A stretch of 64,000 bases of DNA from Plasmodiophora brassicae (GCA_036867785.1 CP145415.1:1116001-1180000); one strand, 5' to 3'; positions 25,054-38,655 are shown, counted from the first letter of the stretch. The notes: a model not told the origin generated them from the sequence alone. A program made the numbers and translations.

Positions 25054-25417
25054 CGTCGACGCATGCACTATCCCCCCGTCAGCAATCACCATCACCAGCG
25101 CCGGCCGCCCATCACATTGCGCACCCACCATCCACCCCGAACAGCGTCAGCGACGGTTCCACGGTGCCGGGGGCGCCGCCGCTCCTCGACGATGATGACG
25201 TCGCCATGCGGATTGCAAAATGACGCCGCCGCCGCGCCCCGCCGTCACCTGTGCGATGTACAGTTCCGACTGTACGGCTGCAGTGCCGACGCTGCAACTG
25301 CCGCACCACGGACGACGCGCGACACTGCCAGACGATTGTCTGGAGGGTTAGGCGACAGGCGACTGCCATTTGTCAAAGAAGGCCGTTGCGTGGCATCCGC
25401 CCCGTACGGCATCCGCC

Positions 25418-26875
25418 ATGGTCATGCTGGTCGATGGCGACGAGCGCCAGGGCGGCAACCTGCCCTGGGTCGAGAAATAGTAACGCCGGCGCCGCCCGTG
25501 TAGGAAACGAACAGGACTGAATGCTCGCGTGGGTAGCCGGCCAAAGTCGCTGGATGAGGTCGAGCACCAGGACGGCGTGGTCAAGGCGCTGAAGCAGAGT
25601 CTTCAGACGAACAATGTACGGGGGGTGGGCCTGGTGGATGTTCCAACGTGTTGAGGCGCTGTACAGTTGCCACATTTGCTGTTCTATGGGCCACCGGGCA
25701 CAGGAAAGACGAGCACGATACTCGCCGTTGCGCGACAGCTTTATGGGTACGCGTCCAGCACGCACGTCACCCTATCTGCGCTAGCGAATGACGAACAACC
25801 CATCAGGCCGGAGCTGATGAAGAAACGTGTCAAGGAGCTGAACGCCTCCGATGAGCGCGGTATCAACGTGATTCGTACCAAAGTCAAGGACTTCGCGCAG
25901 ATCGCTATCGGCAACGATAAGGCAAAGTACGCCACACGTAACGAACCCTGCAATGCATGGCGCTAAATTGTTTCTAGTGGGTTCCCCTGCCCGCCATACA
26001 AGATCATTATCCTGGACGAATGCGACTCAATGGTACGTGGCAGCATCGGTTCGCCGTCCTGGAACTAACATGTTATTGTAGACGCAAGATGCGCAGTCGG
26101 CGCTTCGTCGGGTTATGGAGAACTATTCGAAAGTCACTCGCTTTTGCCTTATTTGTTCGTCGCGACCTACCGTGTTCCGCGTTGTCTTGTGCTGACAGGG
26201 TTCTGCAGGCAATTACGTCACCCGCATTATTGACCCGATCGCGTCGCGATGCGCCAAGTTTCGCTTCAAGCCATTGAACCCGGAGTCGATCACGCGTCGC
26301 ATCAGGCATATATGCTCAACCGAGGGCATCGTTGCCCATGATGACGCCATTGACACTGTCCTCTCCATATCGAATGGCGACATGCGCAATGCCATCAACG
26401 TGATGCAAAGCGCACGGCTGCTTCATTTGGAAGGTGACCCCGTAACCGTCGACGTAGGTCCAGCTTGTTGTACAACGAGGGCATGCGGGTAACACTGTCG
26501 CAGACGATCCGAGAGGTCGCAGGCTTCATTCCTGACGAAGTCGTTCAGTCACTGCTGGCGAGCACAGCGACATCCTGCGATGTTGCCGCAATTGAAGTCG
26601 CAGTACAAGAGGTTGTGGCCAACGGGTACCCTGCTGGGCGCATGATCGAACAGTTGCTGGTACTGCTCATCTGACGCGTCATGCGAGGCAGCCTGTCTGA
26701 CCCGGCTGTTCAGGGTGCCGTTGAGAACCAAGTCGATTTAACTGATGCCATGAAGGCACATATCTGCCTGAAGATCGCCGATGTCGACCAAGGCCTTGTT
26801 GACGGTGCTGACGAGTACCTGCAGTTGTTGTCGTTACTGGCGTTTATTCATCGCGTTCGTGCGCGACGGTATTAA
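25418..26875 (+). CDS. RFC4: Replication factor C small subunit (human RFC4 / yeast Rfc2 type)
   Basis: [83 protein letters not shown]. Confidence 0.93.
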
Positions 26876-27019
26876 CAGGCGACGCCAACTGCCTCCAGTC
26901 ATACGCTGATAAACCATCAGTGATCCCAGCCCTGCGAACACCTCTCAGGTAGCCCACGTACGTAGGTATAGCGCCGTTGGCAAGCCCCAGCTGCACGTGT
27001 CTGGGTTTCAAGAGTATCT

Positions 27020-29550
27020 TTATGACGGCGTTTGGCTTTCATGCCCCTGACGCCTCGTATGGTCCACGTCCAACAGACTCACCAGGCTACGAAAGCTCTC
27101 TTGCAGATCATCACACTCACCGAGCAAGTCTGAGGTGACCAGCAGAACCTACGACGCGTCAGTTCAATGCCAGCCGCTGGGATCAATCGTACGGGGCCAC
27201 TGACACTTTCGCGGTCGAGCTGGGCGACCCAGAGCAACAGCGTAGATGCGGGCGCATCAGGATCGTCGTTTCCGACAACAGGTTGCAGCAGGAATCCAGT
27301 GGTCAAAGATGCGCGCCCAGCGGTACCATTCGAGATCGACCTCTGGACAAGTGCGTATGATCCATCGGGCTCAGCGCGCCACGAACGCAACATCGTAAAC
27401 TCCTGATTCTTGGACGCCATCGATGGAGTTTTGTAGACCTCGTGCAGGACCTGATATGACAATGCACCGATTAGCTTCCTAACGCTAGTATCTGGGTCAA
27501 ATTTGCGCTATACATCTGTATGTTCGTCAAGAGACTGGACAACGGCGCTTGTTTGGACCTTTCGGTCCCACGATAATCGCATTGATTCATCGCAAAGAAC
27601 GGCTTGGATATCGCCTGCTTTGCGAGGTATCGAGCACGCGAGCCTGACAAGGAAGAGACCTTCGGGAGTCTGCTTGTGGACAATCTGCATTGCATGAATG
27701 AGTGCCCCACATACTGGGAAGACAAAGCACGTCCCGACCTGAAGCGTAGCAGCCCCACGAACCGGTGTTTCGATGACCCTCCAACCTTGATCAGACGACG
27801 CGATCTTATGGATACAGTCAAAAGCCGATGCAGCAATCTTCGTTGAACATCAGTTAGGAAGCTGATCATTGTAAGCGGCTGACAGACCGTCTGGAACGAC
27901 GTTTGCTGCAGGTTTGGTGATTCATCGGGCAACGCAGACTGTTCAGCAACAAAGCGACTGCTCTCGCACAGCATTTGCTTCCGCTGCGACCACCGGATAA
28001 ACTTTGAAACGAACACCATTAATATGCAGCGGCCCACATCGCGCGTGCGTGCATGAATACCTCCTGTCTCGCGGTGATGTCAGGCAGGCATTTCTACAGA
28101 GAGTCGTAATGAGCAAGTGTGGTCAAAAGGGAAACCGGACGGCAAAGCACCTCAACAGTAAACTGGGGCACCGTACGAATGAGGATCGACGCAAGTTGGA
28201 AGGCACCCCCAGCACGATCACCCAGAATGTGTCGATGGAGATTCAACCGTTTGAACGACTGATGGTCAATTGTTGACAGCACGTCAAGGAACAGCTGCGC
28301 ATCTAGACTGAGGGTTATCCCTACAAGGTAAACAACAAACAATCTGGCGATCTAACCCTTGTTCTTTTCGACATCTAGTAGACGGCATATCAGGTCTAGA
28401 GCAGCCTTGCTGGCAACAATGGAATATTTTACATCGCCACACACCCAGAACAGCCTATTTGAACAGTGAAAATCAACAAGCCATCGGGCGCACCGCGGGT
28501 AGTGGATACCCGTTCTCGGCCGCATCCGATCCCTCAAAGAGGATCCCGACGAGCTCGGCGGTTAAGCCTAAGCGCAGCATTAGTATCAGGCACTAGCCAG
28601 CCAACCACCATCCATACGTGGACGCTGCGAGAAGAAGTACTGCTGGAATGCCCGAATGCAATGTACCCTGTTGGATCGAGTCAGGGACATCGCGCCTTAG
28701 TGTTAGCGCCAAACGATTGACCGACTTGTTTGGCAGCGTGTTCAGCTGCGATACAAATTCTCGAACCTTCCGCTCCTCGAAACTGAGAGAAGGGACGCCT
28801 CCACCTCGACGCGACCCAGATCCATACGGTGTGGCCGACGATGGTGCTCTCGTCACGCTTTGACTGGAACTGCTATCCCATCAGCGATGTGCGCCCATAC
28901 AGTCCCGTATCAACATACTCATTGTCCGAATCGACCCTGTGGATGTGTCGTGTCAGCATCGGACGAACGCTGTCGGGAACGGACAGGAACTGCATCACGA
29001 CAGGCAACGCCACTAAGCTTCTCGACCTCAGCAGCTCGGTTAAGTATGCTATCACGCAGAGCAAATCAGTGCATCTAGGAATGTGTGCGACAGCCGCCCT
29101 ACATTGTAACTCCATCTTCCGTTTCTCAACAAACTCAACAGCGAGCGATCGTGTCAATCTACCAGGGCCGTTTTACGCAGAGCGGTCGGAGACCCGACCA
29201 AGGTTCCAAACCTTTTCGGCGGTAGGTGCGGTAAACGCAAAGGGGCATCCTTGCTGACGAGGGCAATCTTGAGCAGCTGTTTTACGCATTAAACGTCATT
29301 CGCGAGGTGCTATGATACAGAAATCGAAGCGCACCTCGGTGTGCAACGAGAAGAAGTCGGAGTAGCGCTTGTAGATGACCCATTTGACAGTGAACGACGA
29401 CCGGACTTCGATCTCATACATCTGGCGCGCATCGTCCGGTCAGTATACGGGCGCCCGTCGCTGCCCACAGGCGGCACCCCCCACCGTATACGGCGTCTTC
29501 TGGTCCCGAATCGTATTGCTCGCCGTCACCGTCGCCACCAGCAGGTCCAT
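27020..29550 (-). CDS. PX-domain plus C-terminal START-domain protein
   Basis: N-terminus YTMYEIEV..WVIYKRYSDFFSLH..LPPK..FVEKRKMELQ.YL..FL (PX). C-terminus RLSWD..VVQSLDEHTDV..EFTMLRSWR..DGSYALVQRSI..GFLLQP (START). Confidence 0.75.
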
Positions 29551-29958
29551 GACGACCGCAGTCCGCCCACCGGCCGTCTCTGATCGGCGACGCCTAAAAT
29601 TGCATCGCCAGGCAAATCGGTACGAAATCGGCGCTGCTGCGCCTGGGCGATGCAGCCGCCGATGCAGAATATTGGACAGGGCCGTATGTAGTTCGCGACA
29701 GAGCGACTGCTCGCATTTTATCGACCACGTTCTGCGCAGTTCAAGTGCCCACCTGCTGCAGCTGCAAGTGCAAACGGGTGCCCTGGTGGAACGTGCCTCG
29801 CGGAGTCATTCGGTGGATGCCGACTGTGCCGAGATACGCGCCCGCGCTCTGTGTGTGGGATATAGTGGCCTCCGATTCCTGGAAACGTGGCGAGGCGACA
29901 GGCGGGCCGCGTAGGCGGCCGCCTGCTGTGGGCGTCAGGCATCCCGTATTACACGACG

Positions 29959-32460
29959 ATGGCGGCGGCCGCCGGACAGTATGTCGGAGCCGTCGACCAG
30001 GGCACGTCGTCGACCCGGTTCGCGTTGTTTGACCGATCGGGTGCAATGGTTGCCAGTGAGCAGCAGCCCATCAAAATCATCAGCACACGCCCAGGGTACC
30101 GACCGTCTTGCCTGCGTTCGCAAATCGGGAGCCCTGATACCAAGTCATGTTGAAGGTGGGCGGAGCACGACCCGGTCGAAATGCTCGAGATCGTCCGTCG
30201 TTGCATTGGCGAAGTGATGCGCCCTCGGAATTCGTCAGACGTCGTCAGCGTCGGCGTGACGAACCAACGTGAAACGCTGGTCGCCTGGGACCCGCAAACT
30301 GGCTCTCCGTTCTACAACGCGATCCGTACTTCTGAAGCGGACGCATTGCAATTCTCTGTTCATGCTAACAAGTCCCACAGTCTGGCTGGACACGCGTACG
30401 GCTGATACATGCTCGGCTTTGGAGCGGAAAACGGGCTCCAAGGATTACTTCCGTTCTATCTGCGGCCTGCCGATCTCGACCTACTTCTCTGCCGTTAAAA
30501 TGTGTGTCGCATCACTCGGCCTCCGACTGCCATGATGGCTTACACAATCGTCGTCTCAGGATGTGGCTGATGGAGAATGTTCCCGACGTCAAGAAGGCTG
30601 TTAAACAGCGCCGTTGTCTGATCGGGACGGTTGACTGCTGGCTTATCTGGGTGCGCTCGGATTCATGTCAGCGGGAGGAACAAATGGCCTGACACGTGGA
30701 CAGAATCTGACGGGTGGGCCTCAAGGCGGCGTGCATGTTACGGTTTGTCCCTATACTAACGATCTAAAGGAGTGCTGTCTCACGGTGCATCTTCTGTAGG
30801 ATGTTACCAACGCATCGCGTACGATGTTAATGGACCTCAAAACATTGCATTGGAGTCCAGCAGTCTGCGACATGCTGGGCATTCCACGTCATGTACTGCC
30901 GAAGATTGCATCGTATGGGCGGCTGTCGCGTCCACCAAGGGTACTGGTTGCACCGGCTTACTGGTGATGACAGAAGCAGCGAAAAGTACGGCGAGTTCGA
31001 GGAAACGAGTCCATTGGCGCGCATCCCCATATCGGGATGTATTGGCGATCAGCACGCTGGTACGCTTGATGATATAAGTATGGTACCAGGCACATCGCTG
31101 AATTATCATCTCTTCGAAGCAATGCTGGGCCAGCTGTGTTTCCAGCCTGGGCAGGTGAAGACAACGTATGGGACTGGCGCCTTTATGGTCTGCAATACGG
31201 GGCGCAGAATCGTTCAGTCCAAGCATGGCCTGCTAACCACCGTCTGTTTCAAACTGGGACCCAACGCCGACTGTCTGTACGCACTTGAAGTCGGAAATGC
31301 CATGGACGTCCCGATTGCCTAGATCTGACACTTGTGGATGGTTGCAGGGGTCCGTTGCATATGCAGGTGCAATCGTTCAGTGGCTTCGCGACCATCTGGG
31401 CATAATTAACAGTTCGGCGGAGATCAGTATGTCATGGGATATGTAAACCATTGCCGTCCATTCGTACTGATGCAGACACCTTAGACAAGCTTGCCGAGTC
31501 TGTTCCGGACAATGGTAATTGGCTGATTCATTCCAGGTTTGCTCGCCTTTGCTAAAGGGAATTCAGGCGGCGTCTACTTCGTGACGGCTCTATCTGGCCT
31601 CTTTGCACCTCATTGGAGAGATGACGCTCGCGGGTACGCGGTTCTGCGCTGCTCGCTGGTCAACGAACTCACCTTAACGTTTCCAGGCTAATCATTGGAT
31701 TGACGCAACATTCTACAAAGGCCCACATTGCCCGCGCCGTAAGGGACCATTGTACCTCAGCTAGTGCCCATCATTGAAATACTGGGGTGGTAGGCGCTCG
31801 AAGCAGTTTGTTATTCGATTCGCGAGGTCGCGCCAGCGCGTGTGTCCCAGATAGATATTCGACCCGAACTGACGTGCTGTTCAGGTCATGGAGGCCATGG
31901 AGAAAGATTCGGGCACAAAGCTGACTCTCCTTCGCGTTGATGGCGGAATGTCTGTGAGTGACACAATCATGCAGATGCAGGCCAACGTTGTTCAGCTTCA
32001 AACCGAACGCCCCTCTATGCTCGAGACGACTGCCCTGGGGTCAGCAATAATCGTTACTGCCGGCTGTCGCCAATCTGACGTTCCTCGTGTAATAGTGCGG
32101 CAATTGCAGCTGGACTGGCCAGTGGATTTTGGACATCTATCGACGATGTTACTGCCTGCTGTGGGACGTCGTACAAGGTGTTCTCCCCGAACGTTCCCCG
32201 GCCTGTCTATGAAGCCACGTTCTCCAAGTACAAACGGTACAGGATCTAACCGTCGGTTGTTAGTCGTGGCATGTTCTTAGCTTGTCCCAATGTACAGAGC
32301 CATTAGGCGGGCCATCGGCTGGATCCCTGGAAGCCCAGAGGAGTCACCGAGCGCACATTCAAAAGGAAAGGTTAGAGCCTCCAACTGGCTCCAGCTGTCA
32401 GCAGTTAGCATCGGGTCGGCGGCAGCTGGTGCGCTTCTGATGCGCCTATTGTCTCGTTGA
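29959..32460 (+). CDS. GK: Glycerol kinase (FGGY family)
   Basis: [70 protein letters not shown]; many introns. Confidence 0.95.
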
Positions 32461-32648
32461 GCGACATCCCCAGTGCAAGGCAGGCAAGTCTGACATAAAC
32501 TATCTGTCAACGCCTCAACGGTGGCCTGTGCTGCTGCTATGTTTGTCGTATGTGCCGTAGGTTGGCCTCGCAGTCCGTGAGGAGGTGCGTGCGGAGTCCC
32601 ACGGACTCCGCAGCTGCTACCACTGTCTGCCAGCCTTGTGCCCTGCCG

Positions 32649-33109
32649 ATGTCTACTGAAGCGAGTGGCGTGTACCTTGCCCCGATAGCGAAGCCGGCCG
32701 CTAACGACAAGTTGACCAAGAGATGCCTGAAACTCGTTAAGAAGGCGACCAAGAGCAAGTCGGTTCGCCGTGGGGTCAAGGAGGTTGTCAAAGCGATCCG
32801 GAAAGGCGAGAAAGGGTACTTGAAACGTGTGGCACGCATGGGTTCCTGTAGAACGCTGACGAGTAACCGTTTAGGGTCTGCATCATGGCCGGAAACATTT
32901 CTCCGATCGATGTTATCTCCCACATCCCTGTGCTGTGCGAAGACAACGGGATCTCCTATATCTATGTCCCGTCGAAGGAGGAGCTCGGTGCAGCCGGTTC
33001 GACGAAACGTCCCACCAGCTGCGTTCTGGTCAAATCCAGTGGAGAGGATGCTTCCCACGACGAGGACTTCCGCAAGGTTCAGAAGTCGATTGTTTCGTTG
33101 CAAGCATGA
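32649..33109 (+). CDS. NHP2: H/ACA snoRNP protein NHP2 (L7Ae family)
   Basis: PIAKP..KL.K...K.VKKA..VRRGVKEVVKAIRKGEKG|..AGNISPIDVISHIPVLCED..Y.YVPSKEELGAAGSTKRPTSCV; one intron. Confidence 0.93.
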
Positions 33110-33156
33110 GTTATCCTACACTTCAACAATATTGAGGCAGAAGCCCTCTGGCTGGT

Positions 33157-34283
33157 CTATTTGCTACGTTGTTGGGTCGTCGATTGTCGGAACTGGTCGT
33201 AGATAACGGAGAAGTCGCGATCGGCATAGCCGGTCTCGCACAGGTATTCGTAGACATCACAGGACTTCGTCGCCAATGGCGTTTCGGCGTTGACCTCTTG
33301 CGCAGCCTATCTTGCTTCGTCAGTGAATCCAAATTTCGACAGCGACGACGTCGTATTACCTGTAACGCCAGGCGCAAGTCCTTGAGCATGAGAGCGCACC
33401 CGAACCCGCCTTTGTAATCGTTGGATGACGGCACGCCTTTGATGATGCCTGGGACAGGATTGTACGTGTCGCTGGACCAGCACCGGCCGGTGCTCGTATT
33501 GATAACGTTGGCCAGCACCTGCGGATCGATGCCCATCTGAATACCCAGGTTCATGCCTTCCGAGACGCCAATCATGGATATCGCCAGGATCAGATTGTTC
33601 GTCAACTTGGCGACCTGCCCGTTGCCACTCGCTCTACCGATTCGTAATGGCTTAGCAACTACGCCGTCCTTCGAGACCCGCTTCCCTACCCGCAATGCAT
33701 CGTATTACGACCCATTAACGACAGCAGCGGCTTAACGCGTTCGACAGCGTCGCGATTGCCCCCGACCATGAACGTAAGTGTGGCGTTGGCGGCCCCAGTG
33801 ACGCCACCGCTAACGGGCGCGTCAATCATGGACATGCCCTTGGCTTCAGCCGCTGCCGACACCGCCCGTGCCGTCATCGGGTCTATCGTGGAGCAGTCGA
33901 CCAGGATGGTGCTACCCTTGGCATTCTCCATGATCGTCGCCGATACCTCCCTAACCTGCAGCATTGCGTCAGGAACGTGCCCGCCCTTGGCGGTGCTGTG
34001 CAGCAACCTGTTCAGGACTACGAAGCATTGTGAAGATGATATCGGAGGAGCCTGCGACGGCAGCAATATCCTGCCCAGGCGCGGCGCCTTGTTCGACAAG
34101 CTTATCGACGGCGGGGCGGTGCACGTCGTAGACGGTGAGCGCCTTGCCGCCGCGAACCAGGTTGCCAGCCATTGGTGCACCCATGTGACCGAGGCCAATG
34201 AACCCGATCGACGTCGACAGACATCGACGCGGTGATCGTGAAGAGAGTACGCCCCTGGGTTGAAGCGCGCGACGCCACCACAT
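33157..34283 (-). CDS. HIBADH: Mitochondrial 3-hydroxyisobutyrate dehydrogenase
   Basis: Arg-rich presequence, [23 protein letters not shown]...[35 protein letters not shown]...LMLKDL. Confidence 0.93.
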
Positions 34284-34539
34284 CACCAAGAGGGAACAAT
34301 GGCACTCTCTCTCGAGGCCGCACTGGGACGTGGTCAACCGGGTCACGCCGTGCCCCTGATTGGGCACCAGGCCCGCACACCATGACCCGCCCTTCTACAC
34401 GTTTACGCTCCCATCGGCTTCGTTTCAGGATGACAGGCACCCTGTGCAGATCGCAACTGTAACGACGCTGTGACCATGATGAATGTGTGTGCAGGTGTAC
34501 AACGTGTGAGACGCCTGGAGGCGCCCAGCACGCACGGGT

Positions 34540-35861
34540 CTAGTCGGCATCGTCCCCGATGCCCTGTTCGGTGATGGAGAACGTCGCCTCGGATTCGGGC
34601 AGGCACGGCGAGTCGTAGATCTTGCAGACGCGGGTGTTCCCGCGCCCCTTGCGAAGCGATAGACGCGTCTGCGACGCATGGCCCATGATGTGCCCGCCGA
34701 CCGGCTTCTTCGGATCCGGATTGAACATTGCCATGCCGCCGTCAACGGTGGCGACAACCTGAGCGCCCGAGCGCGTCAGTCGATCATGCCAATCAGCAAG
34801 GAGCGACACGCTGAAATGACCTGGTTTGTAATGACGACGGCGACGCCGAACTGGTCAGCTATGCCTTGCAGGCCCCTCAGGAACCGACCCAGATGCGTCT
34901 GACGGTCGGCAAGCTGGCCTCGTCCCGAATAATCTGTTCTGTACAGCGCCGTGGCACTGTCGACAACGACGAGCGCGTAGTGGTCCTGGCTCAGCAGCGC
35001 GGAAGCGTCCTGCAGGAGAGTCATCTCTGAAAACAGCACTTCAGGGCACAGTGGAGCAGAACCAGGGCAGCCCAATGTTACGATGATCGGTGTTGTGTGC
35101 CCGCGCACACACGACGTTGTTGAGGATGTCATTGGAATCCACACCGAACCTGGCGCGAGACAGATATCAGATCGGGCATAGCGGAAGTGGCGTTCTGCAC
35201 CAGAAGGAAACCTTTCCGCGATCGGATCGAGGCGTTCGGCCCGGAACGTCCCCTCCGTGTCGATATAGAGAACCTTGCCTTGCCCGCCACCATTTTCGTA
35301 CGGCAGCTGGGCAACGACGCAGAGCGTGTGGCAGATTTGCGTCTTGCCTGTTCGGAATTCGCCAAAGATCTCGGTTATGGACCCGGCTTCGATTCCGCCT
35401 TGCAGAAGCTCGTCGAACGCTCTGGACCCGGTGCTCAACCGGATTAAATCCTTCCGCTTCTGATACCATTCGGCCGCCGTCTGGAACCCCATAGGCACAA
35501 GTTTCGACGCTGCATCGTCGATGGATGTCAGCAGGGAAAACAGGCACGGCGACGGGCGAGCAGCAGAATCGTTACCTTCCTGCAGGAGTTTGTCGGCTTT
35601 GGCCTCCGTGATCCCTTTGATTGCAATCAGCGCCTTTCTTGTGGCATAGGCTACGGCTTCGACCGTATGGAACCCAGCGTCCTTCAGTTTCTTGATATCG
35701 GCGGCGTTCAGGCCCCGGGTCTACGCGCCAATCAGCGCGTTCCGTTCGCGCACCACCATGCCCGATCGTCCTACCTCCAGCTTCTCGATGAGCGTCGGCC
35801 CGCGATCCTCTTCCTCCTCCTGCCCCTGCTGCTGTTGCCGGTAAGCATACTGGTCAGCCAT
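34540..35861 (-). CDS. RAD51: RAD51 recombinase
   Basis: [68 protein letters not shown]. Confidence 0.93.
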
Positions 35862-36141
35862 GGCGCCCAACTGCGACGGGGTGACCCAGGTTCGCAAATG
35901 ACTGCGGAGCGCTGCCGCGCGCCTTTTTTACCGGTCGCTCTCCGCCGTTGCTTCGACACGTCGTACAGTCCTGCGCGGTGCAGCTAACACTGTGCCGATC
36001 TGCACGTCGGCAGCCACCACCAGCCGCGAACTGCAGCCAGACCGCGCGGCCAGTGCTGATGAAGTTCGGCAAAATCTGGGAGGGGGGTCTGTTCGACGTC
36101 TGTTTTGTGGCCCCTGTCACAGTCGGCAGCAGTCGACGACG

Positions 36142-38056
36142 ATGGACCAGTTTGAAATCGACGAGTCCAGGTGCGTGTTCGACGGCGAAGTGCGGACGTA
36201 TCCGGCGCGATGGCGAGCCGTGCCGGAGAACGGGGCGCTCCTGTGGCCGTTGCTGTGTCGGTGGGCGCCACTGCCGCGCGAGTCGAGCAGCGGTATCTAC
36301 CAGCGCCTGGTTGCGCTGATCGACGCCCACGAGCGGAACCTGCTGGTCACCGTTGCCGTCCTCGGCGACTTCGCTGACCGGATTATGACGTTGACGCGGG
36401 CGCTGACCCTTGACGGTATTCGTGATGGGCAGTGGCCTCGTGCGGTCATCGTCATCGAAACGAACCACGACTTGACCTGGCGCGTCGTCGCCTTGCAGAC
36501 CCGTCGTATCACTGACCGCGACCTGCGCGGCCGACTACGCGCCCTGTTGCATCTCGTCGATGGCATGCATCGACATCGGCATCCTCACGGTGCTATCCAC
36601 GCTGCCGGGATCCAGGTCCCGTCCTCGTTTCGCTGTCCCGCCAACCATGGCGATTGACCGAACGCGAGATAGGTCGACGAGGATGGCGCCCTGCGTCTAC
36701 CTGTGCCTGTAATCGACGAACGGGTGGGGAGCAGACGCCACTGCTGCGATTACTGTGCCCCAGAGCGGGTCCGTTCCGATCCACACCCGCCGGCTGCATT
36801 GGCATCGGATGTCTGGGCGGTGGCGTGCGCGTTTCTGGAGATGACGACCGGGTTGTCAATGTTCGCCGGCGTGGACGCAGGGCAGATCCTGTGCCGCCAG
36901 ATACAATTCCACGACGTTCCCGTTGGGGAGTACATTGGTCGGGACAGGGCCGATCACGACGACGAGTTTCGCAGCATGCTGGCTATGATGCTGGCGGTCG
37001 ACGAGGAATGCCGCGCCGGCATTCACGACGTCGTCCGGCACCGCTACTGGAACGTCGGCATCGACCGACGCTCAACGATCTGTGTGCAACCTGAACCCGA
37101 GCCCGCACCAGCAACAATATGCACACAAGTTTGAAGAGCGTTGCGCCTTGTTCGATGGAGACGTTTCTGATGCCGGGGGTTCAGGTGTGTGGGCGATCCA
37201 GGCAATGGTGGCGGAAAGACGTACTGAGCGACGACAGTGACGACTCACTGTCGTCTGGTGGCGACGATGATTATGTCGGAGGGCGGATTACTAGCCCGGT
37301 ACGGGCGGGAAGCCCAGCGGTGCCTACACTAGATGAGCTGGATATGAATGAGGTTCGCGTATGCGTCGGGCGCTGGTACCGGCAGGTCAGCGGGCATCCA
37401 GGGCGACCGTCACGCGTCTTGATCCGTCTCCAGGTCGGGGAACAGGTCGGTGATGGCGTTTGCAGCGGGCTGGGATTCTGTGCTGACGCCTCGTTGCTAG
37501 CTATTCAAGAGCGACCAGGTGCCGTTCGAGGACGACGGCAGGCAGCAGGAGCTGAACGTCCAGCACACATTCCTGATGAAACACGATAGGCTGGTGGCAC
37601 TCTGTGAGACGTCGCCCCTGGTCGTCCTGCTGTACGGCATTCGGGACCTGCCACACTCCATGGAAACGTCATAGCAACTCGCATCCGACCAATCGAACGC
37701 GGGTGCTGAATCCGGGATTGCACGCAGGGAGACGTCCTGCCTGGCAAGCGCCCAGGTGGACATGTCGGCGCTGCTATCCGGATTCCCGTTCCTGACCGGC
37801 TACTACCATTTCGACAAGCCAGAATTTGGGCAAGTGGAGATACGGGTGAGCGCCCACTAATCCGACGTTGAATCGACGCCACAATGACACCATGGGACAG
37901 ATTGAACCATCGCGGTCATGCGATACGCGAATGCATCATTCTGAGAGCGCAATCAAACGCGACCCACTCGACAATGCCGCGATGGGTGCGATGTCCACGA
38001 TGACACTGTTCGACGAATTCATTCAAGAATCGTTGGAATTGCCGATAAACCGATGA
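36142..38056 (+). CDS. Pseudokinase with a C-terminal C2 domain (C2CD3-like)
   Basis: The kinase C-lobe is recognisable (YCAPE, SDVWAVAC..EM.TG..MF.G, R....V.H.YW), but the catalytic loop reads HGAIHAAGI and there is no DFG. Spliced 3' exons give LASAQVDMSALLSGFPFLTGYYHFDKPEFGQVEIRIEP and end at ELPINR*. Confidence 0.65.
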
Positions 38057-38107
38057 ACATTCCCCGTCATGCGCTTGTCTCATTCTATTAGGAACACGTT
38101 CCTGATG

Positions 38108-38655
38108 TTACGCCGCCTCTTCGCCGCGGCCCTCCTCGTCCGCATTGGCCGAGGCGCCTGCGGCCGTCGTCTTCGGGGCCACCGGTTCCCGCATCGTCCA
38201 TTGTGCCGGGTCCTCCAGGACGCTCCACTGCCGCTTGTGGGTGCACCGGACCTCACGAGGACGCTCTTCGGGTCGGCCTCGCCAGGTGAGAAGGCCCCAC
38301 GCTTTCGGATGATGGCCATGCTAACGGAATCATATGCTCAGCAGGCCATAGGCCGACGGCGTTCCTCGTTCCTCAAACGCACCTTGCTGAATTTCACACG
38401 GGTCACTGTCCAGTAGGAGGGCTCTGGATATCTGGCCCACAGGCTGCGTGTCAGATGCATGCCCTTGCCGCCCTTCTCCAGTTTATCCGCAACCTCGAAG
38501 AACGTGAACCCGTGCTTCGTGCGCCGTTCCTCATTGTCCCCAGGCGCAGGCGTCGCCGCCGCGTCACCAGCGTCACTGGCAGCTGTCGCCGTCGCCGACA
38601 GCGCCCGACGCCCGACAAGTCGTCGAACGACGGCGCTGACCCGTATCGTCTCCAT
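38108..38655 (-). CDS. MRPS34: Mitochondrial ribosomal protein mS34-like
   Basis: Presequence, then FFEVA..L..GG.G..L.R..W.RYPEPSYWTVTRVK|..KAWGLLTWRG; one intron. Confidence 0.75.

Noticed and set aside
34540-35861. DMC1 as an alternative identity
   Set aside because: [23 protein letters not shown] and YDSPCLPE are RAD51-type.
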